This document shows positions 1 through 6,239 of a DNA stretch of 32,000 bases, piece after piece. A program made the translations under genes and the position numbers. The notes beneath the pieces are model-generated. The model did not search any database. It worked only from the letters and a program-made list of their open reading frames with translations, and was not told the DNA's origin. Source of the stretch: Pyrobaculum calidifontis JCM 11548 (GTDB lineage Archaea; Thermoproteota; Thermoprotei; Thermoproteales; Thermoproteaceae). How positions within the stretch are numbered: position 1 is the stretch's first letter; each line of letters opens with the position of its first letter. The stretch spans positions 600,001 to 632,000 of the forward strand of contig NC_009073.1 of the NCBI RefSeq assembly GCF_000015805.1, in the 5' to 3' direction.

Positions 1-1281
1 GAGCAGATAGGCAAGTTGATAACGCAACTCGCAAACCTCGGCATAGACGCCGACCGGTATGACAGAGTGAGAGACTTCTCGAAGCAGGTGCCGATTGTCC
101 CCACGAGCGCGGTCACCGGCGAGGGGGTGGCCGACCTGCTCCTGGTGCTTGCTGGGGTTAGCCAGCGGTTTATACCGCGGGAGAAGCTCCAAGTCAGAGA
201 CGGCCCCGCGCGCGGCGTCGTGATGGAGGTGAAGGAGGAGAGGGGCCTCGGGGTCGTGGCCGACGTCATTTTGTACGACGGCAAGCTGAGGAAGGGCGAC
301 GTGATAGTCACGGCGGGGCTAGACGGGTCTCGGCAGGCCAAGGTGAGGATGCTCATAATGCCGAAGTCGCTGGAGGAGATGCGGGACCCCGAGGACAAGT
401 TCATGGCTGTGCAAGAGGTGGAGGCGGCGGCGGGCGTGAGGGTAGTGGCGGAGGGGCTTGAGGGCGTGGTGGCGGGCGCCCCGCTTCTAGCCGTGTGGGA
501 CCCAAAGGACCTCCCCGAGGCGCTTAAGAGCGTGGGGGAGGAGATAGCGGAGATCAAAATAGAGTCGGACAAGGAGGGCGTAATCGTTAGAGCAGACACC
601 TTCGGCACTCTGGAGAGCATAATACTCTTCTTAAGACAGCAGGGAGTCCCCGTCAGAAAGGCGGACGTGGGGCCGCCTACGCACAAGGACGTGGTGGAGG
701 CGGTGCTGAGCAGGAGGAAGAACCCCGCCTACGGAGCAATCCTGGCCTTCAACGTGAAAGTGCCCCCGGAGGTGGAGACCGAGGCCCAGTCCTCTGGAGT
801 GAAGATAATACGCGGGGAAATCCTCTACCGCATATTCGACGAGTACGTCAAGTGGTCTACCGAGGTGAAGACGAAGACCGTTGAGCAAGTGCTCTCCCAG
901 CTCACCCGCCCCGCGAAAATCCAAATACTCCCCGGCTACGTGTTTAGGAGGAGCGACCCGGCCATAGTGGGCGTGAAAGTGTTGGCCGGAACGCTCAAGC
1001 CCGGCGTCACCTTGGCCAAAGACGGCAGAGAAGTGGGCAAGGTAATGCAGATACAGCGCCAGGGCAAACCCGTCGCAGAGGCTGTGGCAGGCGACGAGGT
1101 GGCCATATCTATACAGGGAGACGTCATAGTGGGCCGTCAGATAAAGGAGGGAGACGTGCTCTACGTCTATATCCCAGACGAGCAGGCCAGACAGTGGCTA
1201 TTCCGCTACAAGCAGTACCTCAGAAAAGACGAGGTAGAGGCCTTAGAGGAGTACCTGAAGACAAGAAAGAAGTCAGCATAA
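1..1281 (+). CDS. infB: Translation initiation factor aIF5B (IF2-type), C-terminal ~425 aa; the 5' end lies outside the window
   Basis: Frame 1 is open from base 1, so track ORF 16..1281 is only the first in-frame Met. The sequence after the GTPase domain is typical of aIF5B domains II-IV: [78 protein letters not shown]. Confidence 0.85.
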   Translation, partial: EQIGKLITQLANLGIDADRYDRVRDFSKQVPIVPTSAVTGEGVADLLLVLAGVSQRFIPREKLQVRDGPARGVVMEVKEERGLGVVADVILYDGKLRKGDVIVTAGLDGSRQAKVRMLIMPKSLEEMRDPEDKFMAVQEVEAAAGVRVVAEGLEGVVAGAPLLAVWDPKDLPEALKSVGEEIAEIKIESDKEGVIVRADTFGTLESIILFLRQQGVPVRKADVGPPTHKDVVEAVLSRRKNPAYGAILAFNVKVPPEVETEAQSSGVKIIRGEILYRIFDEYVKWSTEVKTKTVEQVLSQLTRPAKIQILPGYVFRRSDPAIVGVKVLAGTLKPGVTLAKDGREVGKVMQIQRQGKPVAEAVAGDEVAISIQGDVIVGRQIKEGDVLYVYIPDEQARQWLFRYKQYLRKDEVEALEEYLKTRKKSA

Positions 1282-1641
1282 ATACTCTTTAACAAATCTG
1301 CCGAGCTGTTGGTCGCAGTTGGCGACGAGATATACAACACCCTCCCTCGATTGTTTTCTCGACAGTGCCGCCGCAATCTTGGGAACCATGGGGTCAACCC
1401 TCCTATGCCCGTGGGCAACTGCCACTATAAGCCCAAAGCCCTGGTAGTCAACAAGAGAGCCCCTCCTAATTGTTTCCACAGTGGCCACCAGCTGGTCTAT
1501 GTCGCGTTTTCTTACGTCCTCAGCCTCTTCTACGACCATTAAAGCTCGCCATCCAACGAGTAAATAATCGGCGCGCTGCTGACCGCCCATTACCAGCAAC
1601 TCGTCTAAGTCGATTCTTTCGGGCCTGCACGTGTCGCTCAT
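1273..1641 (-). CDS. Hypothetical 122-aa protein, second gene of the ATPase operon; possible minimal TOPRIM-like fold (speculative)
   Basis: The ATG at 1641 directly abuts the ATPase stop (TGA 1644-1642, giving TGAATG), so the two genes are co-transcribed or coupled. I recognise no family. The strand/helix alternation is ALMVVEE (E38/E39) - helix - GLIVAVAHG - helix - VVYLVANCD(110)QQ. This places an acidic residue at the end of strand 1 and an Asp about 70 aa later, as in TOPRIM, but there is no intact DxD. The 3' end overlaps the infB stop by 9 nt (convergent). Confidence 0.5.
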   Translation of the reverse strand: MSDTCRPERIDLDELLVMGGQQRADYLLVGWRALMVVEEAEDVRKRDIDQLVATVETIRRGSLVDYQGFGLIVAVAHGHRRVDPMVPKIAAALSRKQSREGVVYLVANCDQQLGRFVKEYLC

Positions 1642-3027
1642 TCAGCTAGAGAGTATCCTCGCCCTCTCCTCGGCGAGCTCCACGGCGACGCTTGCGAACT
1701 CATCCTCTGAGAATCCCTCCGGCCCAACATCGAGCTTTTCCACAACCGCTCTGTCCCCCTCCGCCTTGACGAGGTACGCGGCCACCGACTCGGGGCGCAA
1801 CACCTCATCCTCGGCGAATCCCAAGGCCCTCGCCCTCTCGGGGGACCGCGAAAGCGCTATGAGGTCGTTCAGCCTATAGAGCATGTAGTCGCTGTGCGTC
1901 GTCAAAACCACGTGCTTACCCCTATTAACTGCCTTCGCGATAAGCCGTGCCAATGCCCCCTGGGCCCGCGGGTGTAAATGAGCCTCAGGCTCCTCTATTA
2001 TTACCACGTGTGGCGGCCCTCTTGAAGAAAGCGCAATGGCTACCGTTAAAACCTCCCTTATTCCAGACGGCGCCTGTGGAAGCCTCAGCCGCTTGCCGCT
2101 CCAAGTCTTGATGTGTATAGTGTACACTCCCTCCTCGATTACAGGCTCAACAGAACATCCCATTTCTAAAAGCAGAGGCTTAACAGCGGCTAAGTCAATA
2201 CTTTCCTTAGCTACCCATTCAGCTAATGCATAATATAGTTCAACGTATTGCTTATCAGGGTATGTTATAGCTATCGGGATATACGGCCTTAGAAGGGTCC
2301 GGGATATTCCAGCGCGACTATCAGGCAAAAGCGCAGAAAAGAGCTCAAGAAAGGGAAAAAGTCCGACGGGAAGGGGTAAGGGGATAAGGTGTTTGAACGG
2401 TCCACCGAGAGTTAACATTATATAAACGCTTACAAACGTGTATAGTAATTCTATAATACTAAATCTGCTTGTTCTTGTTAGTGGAACACTTATTGTAAAG
2501 CGACTTTTATCATAACTAATCGTTACTTCTCTTTGCGAAGTTTTGATCTCGCTTATAAATTCATCAATAGATGGTCCTTTTATAGAAACATCTACATTTT
2601 TTCCATTGATAGTAGTTTCTATCGAAGTCCTCTCCCCCTTAAGCGTTATTGTTGCGTGGTTTGCTCCCTCTCTAACTAATTCGTCTAGATCGAATGTGAA
2701 GACTTTCTTAAGTGCCTCCTCTACGCTTGGTGCAAGAGCTTTGGGCAATACATAGATTGCTATGTTCATAAGTTCCATAAGCTCTTCTTTAAAGTCGTCA
2801 CCACGCTTAGCTTTCTCAATTACAGCTTCCAGCGCCTTGTTGCCCCCAGCATCAACGATAGCTTTTTCAAGTCTTGTTGGACGTGGGATAGCCAGGGTCA
2901 GCGCCCATATGAGATATGCCAACATGGACTTCCCCACGCTGTTTCTACCAATGAAGACAGTCAAGGGCTTGAGCTCTACCTCAGCCTCCCCGAAGGGTCC
3001 AAAGTCTTTTACAACAAGCCTTACCAC
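1642..3027 (-). CDS. ABC/SMC-like AAA ATPase (AAA_15/AAA_21 class 'predicted ATPase'), 461 aa
   Basis: GTG start at 3027 with an AAATTATTTTA TATA-like box about 25 nt upstream (within 3047-3061). Motifs: Walker A GRNSVGKS (aa 27-34), signature-like PSGIREV, Walker B/D-loop VVIIEEPEAHLHP, H-loop LTTHSD. A long insertion separates the A and B motifs. The central part of the gene is much more AT-rich than its ends. Confidence 0.85.
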   Translation of the reverse strand: MVRLVVKDFGPFGEAEVELKPLTVFIGRNSVGKSMLAYLIWALTLAIPRPTRLEKAIVDAGGNKALEAVIEKAKRGDDFKEELMELMNIAIYVLPKALAPSVEEALKKVFTFDLDELVREGANHATITLKGERTSIETTINGKNVDVSIKGPSIDEFISEIKTSQREVTISYDKSRFTISVPLTRTSRFSIIELLYTFVSVYIMLTLGGPFKHLIPLPLPVGLFPFLELFSALLPDSRAGISRTLLRPYIPIAITYPDKQYVELYYALAEWVAKESIDLAAVKPLLLEMGCSVEPVIEEGVYTIHIKTWSGKRLRLPQAPSGIREVLTVAIALSSRGPPHVVIIEEPEAHLHPRAQGALARLIAKAVNRGKHVVLTTHSDYMLYRLNDLIALSRSPERARALGFAEDEVLRPESVAAYLVKAEGDRAVVEKLDVGPEGFSEDEFASVAVELAEERARILSS

Positions 3028-3112
3028 AATGCATTGTTTGCCAGAACGTAAAATAATTTACTAAACGGCGACACCGGGGACGAGCAAGCTTCGATGGAGA
3101 ATAGGAGGGGTA

Positions 3113-3197
3113 TGCGGGGGGTGGGATTTGAACCCACGTAGGCCTACGCCACAGGGTCTTGAGCCCTGCCCCTTTGGCCTGGCTCGGGCACCCCCGC
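3113..3197 (-). tRNA. tRNA-Leu (anticodon CAA), no intron seen, CCA not encoded
   Basis: Minus-strand read: GCGGGGG-TG-CCCGAGCCAGGCCAAAGGGG-CAGGG-CTCAAGA-CCCTG-TGGCGTAGGCCTACG-GTGGG-TTCAAAT-CCCAC-CCCCCGC-A. It has a 7-bp acceptor stem, a 5-bp anticodon stem with loop CTCAAGA, the long variable arm typical of Leu, and a T-arm GTGGG/CCCAC with a TTCAAAT loop. Confidence 0.95.
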
Positions 3198-3218
3198 CGA
3201 TAGTGAATACACACGGGG

Positions 3219-3224
3219 TTTTAA
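3219..3224 (-). promoter_or_regulatory. TATA-like box (TTAAAA on the minus strand) for tRNA-Leu
   Basis: The plus strand reads ggggttttaagc, and its reverse complement GCTTAAAAC lies 22-27 nt upstream of the tRNA 5' end at 3197. Confidence 0.4.
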
Positions 3225-3627
3225 GCTTTCTCGCCGTAGTGAGGCGCTGTTAGTTGGCGTCAGCCTGCGCATATAGACGTCTATGTTGTTGTAGCCTCTT
3301 TATGTGCTTCAGGCCGTTTCTGAGAATTATTGTGCCGTAACTTCATCTGGATAGGGCCATGGACGATGCGGAGATTATTAGGGCTATTGAGAATGCCATA
3401 TGAGGTTGACGGCCGCTATGAGCTCGCCGAGGCGGCGAGGCGCGCAGTGAGGCAGATACCGTGGATGCGTTGGCCGCGGCTTGGGGGCCCAAGTCTCTCG
3501 ACAAGGTGAGGGAGAAGCTTGAGAGCTGGGTTTTCTATCTCGCTGTGGTTGAGTCGATGCGCCATTTAGGGAGAGGGCGGCTGGGCGAGAGGTTGCAAAA
3601 GTTTTAACTTCACAATCCCTCTTTTCT

Positions 3628-4053
3628 GTGCTTAGGCTTCCGCCTAGGGTTAAGGTGTTGGAGGCGCTGGGGGCGTTAGCGGATGGGAGAGTTAAGAGGG
3701 TGGGGGAGGGGGTGTGTGAGGTGGTGTCGTCGGAGGGGGATAGGGTGTACCACGTGGCTGTGAGGGGGGTGTATGTGAGTAGTGATGACAATGGGACTGT
3801 GTATAGGGGGTATGTGGGGTATCCCATTATCGCCTGTCTCATGGCTGAGGGCAGACTGCCGATGGATTGGGAGCTGGCGGAGCGGCTCAGGGGCGTGCCG
3901 TGGAGGAAGTTGAACGAGTTGTACAAGAGGTATGACGAGGTGGTTAAACACGTCTACGCAGAGCGGCGTATTGACAGATCTAGGGCCGAGCGTTACATAT
4001 CTACGGTGTTGGAGCAGTTGGCCAAGATGGGCCTACGCCGTGAGGGTCCTTGA
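3628..4053 (+). CDS. Conserved-looking hypothetical protein, 141 aa
   Basis: GTG start at 3628 lies about 25 nt downstream of aaagttttaac (3598-3608). Codon usage is protein-like. The 3' end overlaps the probable queE GTG start by 14 nt, which suggests an operon. I recognise no motif. Confidence 0.6.
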   Translation: MLRLPPRVKVLEALGALADGRVKRVGEGVCEVVSSEGDRVYHVAVRGVYVSSDDNGTVYRGYVGYPIIACLMAEGRLPMDWELAERLRGVPWRKLNELYKRYDEVVKHVYAERRIDRSRAERYISTVLEQLAKMGLRREGP

Positions 4054-4690
4054 GATATTCGCCTCGTTGCAGGGGGAGGGCGTCAACTTGGGCAAGCCGG
4101 CAGTCTTCGTGAGGCTGGCCGGATGTCCCATTAGGTGCGTGTACTGCGACACGGAGTACTCTTGGGACTTCAACGGGGGCGTCGAGATGTCGCCGGGGGA
4201 GGCCGTGCGGCGCGCCGAGGAGCTGGGGGTGAGGGGCCACGTGGTGGTGACTGGGGGCGAGCCGCTTGTGTGGATGCGGAGGGGCCTCGAGGAGCTTGTC
4301 TGTGGGCTGAGGCGGCTTGGGGCGGTGGAGGTTGAGACCAGCGGAGTATACGCGCCTACGCCCGAGCTAGACGCATGTGCGGACTTCTACGACGTGTCTC
4401 CCAAGTTGTCTAACGCCGGGGTGAAGGCCCCCCTGAGCCCCTTCTACCCCAAGAGCCCCAAGGTGTGGTTTAAATTCGTAGTGGCGGACGTGGCCGACGT
4501 GGAGGAGGCCCTGGCCTACGTAAGGGAGAGGGGGATCCCCCTAGACAGAGTTATGCTAATGCCCATGTCGAAGACGCCGGAGGAGCACGCCGAGGTCCTC
4601 AGGAGGATCTGGGACGCGGCAGTGAGGGCAGGCCTTAGGGTAACCCCGAGGCTCCACATAGTGGCGTGGGGAAACGCGAGGGGCAAGTGA
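4040..4690 (+). CDS. queE: 7-carboxy-7-deazaguanine synthase QueE (radical SAM)
   Basis: N-terminus VRVLEIFASLQGEGVNLGKPAVFVRLAGCPIRCVYCDTEYSW carries the QueE LQGEG motif and the CxxxCxxC radical-SAM cluster. GTG 4040 is chosen because the track ORF start (3932) runs through the upstream gene in another frame. The C-terminus PRLHIVAWGNARGK is typical. Confidence 0.85.
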   Translation: MRVLEIFASLQGEGVNLGKPAVFVRLAGCPIRCVYCDTEYSWDFNGGVEMSPGEAVRRAEELGVRGHVVVTGGEPLVWMRRGLEELVCGLRRLGAVEVETSGVYAPTPELDACADFYDVSPKLSNAGVKAPLSPFYPKSPKVWFKFVVADVADVEEALAYVRERGIPLDRVMLMPMSKTPEEHAEVLRRIWDAAVRAGLRVTPRLHIVAWGNARGK

Positions 4691-5081
4691 GGCGGCTTAC
4701 GAAGCCTACTCCCCGCGGGGCCCCGCCCTTAGGCCGAATTGGTTCGCTGTTTTCTACGGCGAATTTCCGCCGAGTCGGCGGCGCCTTTAACTAAACGGCG
4801 CGCCGTGGTTAAAAGCGGGGATTCAAAGGCTGTACATAAATGTATTTAGATTGTTCAAATAGGCGCCGTTGTGCCTGCCCAGTGGTGGCAGTTGGGTCTG
4901 GAGAATGCGCGTGTTTCGGTAAACTCCACATCACTCCCACGCTGTCTACATCGTTTTTAAACTGTCGTCTGTCACGCGGTGATATGCACCCACGCTCTAA
5001 CTTGGGGGAATTGGCCAAATTTTACGTGGAGGGGGCGAGACTGACGGTAAAGCAAACGTCCCATTTCCTGGGAAACTCATC

Positions 5082-5154
5082 GGGGGAGGGGATGATGAGA
5101 GGGAACTAAGGGGACAGATGCCCGTTGACCTGCTCACTGACTCTCCCCTCCCCC
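5082..5154 (+). ncRNA. C/D-box-like k-turn RNA unit (left arm) closed by a 10-bp terminal stem
   Basis: GGGGGAGGGG (5082-5091) is followed by a C box ATGATGA (5092-5098) and 12 nt. Then come GGGA-CAG-ATGCCCG (degenerate D'/C' that can form a small GGG/CCC hairpin) and 12 nt TTGACCTGCTCA. A D box CTGA (5137-5140), CTCT and CCCCTCCCCC (5145-5154, a perfect complement of 5082-5091) complete the unit. A T-rich tract follows. Confidence 0.45.
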
Positions 5155-5720
5155 TCTTTCTAGTAAACTCTTTGTGGGTTTAGATAAACTTTTCTCCGCC
5201 GACCCGATACTCTACTATTCATGACTCTGAACTTTCATGAGTTGGTAGTCGCTCCTGGCGGCGGTTGTGTGCTGATTAAAGTTTCGGTAACCTCCTTTAG
5301 CCAGACGTTGCATAACTTCGGCGATAGACTGGCGAAAAGGTAGGAGGGTACATATATGGCGTAGTTAAAACGAGCGAGCTTGTTGCAGGCGCATATAGCC
5401 CAGGCATGCTGAACAAGAATCGGCTTAGAGATGCGCTCTACGTTGAGATACCCACCTTTATTGCCTATGAGCAACGCGAGAAGTCGGTAAAAGAGCTGTT
5501 GAACATACTGGCCGCCGCTATGTCATATACCCCCTGCCCCTTTTCGCTAGGTGCATCGCCGAAGTTGGGCAACTCTGGCCGGAGGAGGCCGCCGAGGCTA
5601 GAAATTGGCGCACAGCCGCCAGGGGCGACTGTCAACTCGTGAATGTTCAGAGTCATGAATAGTAGAATATCAGGTCGGCGGGAAAAATTTTTCTAAGCCT
5701 ACAAATAGTTTATATGGAGA

Positions 5721-5792
5721 GGGGGAGGGGAGTGTCAGCTAGCATGGGTTCGGGCAGGAGCCCTTGCCAATCCGCTCATCATTCCCTCCCCC
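5721..5792 (-). ncRNA. C/D-box-like k-turn RNA unit (right arm, mirror paralogue)
   Basis: Minus-strand read: GGGGGAGGGA (5792-5783), C box ATGATGA (5782-5776), 12 nt GCGGATTGGCAA, GGGC-TC-CTGCCCG, 12 nt AACCCATGCTAG, D box CTGA (5738-5735), CACT, CCCCTCCCCC (5730-5721). Boxes, spacing and terminal stem are conserved with the left copy, while both 12-nt guide-position segments differ. Confidence 0.45.
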
Positions 5793-6239
5793 AATGAATT
5801 TTCCCATGACGTATAAGAGCAACCACACTTGCCCACTTCCTCCTCTCTCCATGGAAAACTTGGCCAACTTCCTCGGCCTGAAACACAGATGTATACCACC
5901 ACGTGACAGACGTCGGTTTAAAAGCGAGTGTAGACAGTGTGGAAGCGAGGGGGGTCGCTGAATCTTATGTCTTCCTCAAGTTCAACTGTCACCAGTGGGC
6001 AGGGGCGGCTCCAGCTGTAGCGCGCCGTGTCAATTTGAATGATGTTCGTTTTTGTATCGCTCTTGAACCTCCGCTCTTAACCACGGCGCGCAGGCAAATT
6101 GAAGATACTGCCAATCGGCGGGATCCGCCGTGGGGAACGGCGAAGGTCTTCGGCTTAAAGGCGGGGTCCTTCGGTGAACCGGCTCTTAGAGTTTGATTAA
6201 AAGTGCAAAACTTATCAAGTCGCTCTTGTAATACGGTCT

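Larger units (their letters stand above)
4721..6166. repeat. Giant imperfect palindrome: two diverged ~700-nt inverted arms with a symmetry axis near 5440, filling the whole intergenic gap
   Basis: There is a collinear alignment of 4721->5435 with the reverse complement of 6166->5445. Identical blocks include gcgcgccgtggttaa (4798-4812 / rc 6077-6091) and tctactattcatgactctgaac (5211-5232 / rc 5645-5666). Many further 10-25 nt blocks match. The midpoints of three measured block pairs are 5443.5, 5444.5 and 5438.5. Confidence 0.9.

Noticed and set aside
1391-1416. A shared 9-mer ataggaggg between the reverse complement of 1391-1416 and the region just 3' of the tRNA (3099-3115), considered as an att-site duplication bounding the ATPase island.
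   Set aside because: Only 9 nt match, which is at chance level for a 32-kb window on both strands. The site lies inside the small ORF, and no repeat of the tRNA 3' half itself was found.
3782-3848. GTGATGA (3782-3788) and CTGA (3845-3848), considered as a C/D box sRNA inside the 141-aa gene.
   Set aside because: The boxes are 56 nt apart, which is too long for the 12-nt-guide geometry. There is no terminal stem and no C'/D' boxes, and the element lies inside a CDS, so the combination is expected by chance.
3384-3926. 180-aa minus-strand ORF (also 3676..3951-), antisense to the 141-aa gene.
   Set aside because: It is Ser/Thr/Pro-rich and low-complexity, and lies entirely antisense to a better-supported plus-strand gene with a correctly spaced promoter. 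This is a typical GC-rich shadow ORF.
4809-6196. ORFs inside the palindrome (4809..5018-, 4840..5109+, 5235..5474-, 5406..5642+, 5465..5656-, 5764..5961+, 5903..6196+), considered as protein-coding genes.
   Set aside because: Homologous nucleotides fall in different frames in the two arms, the counterpart of 4840..5109 has an in-frame stop, and substitutions in conserved blocks show no third-position bias. They are treated as non-coding, and only 4840..5109 is kept as a low-priority question.
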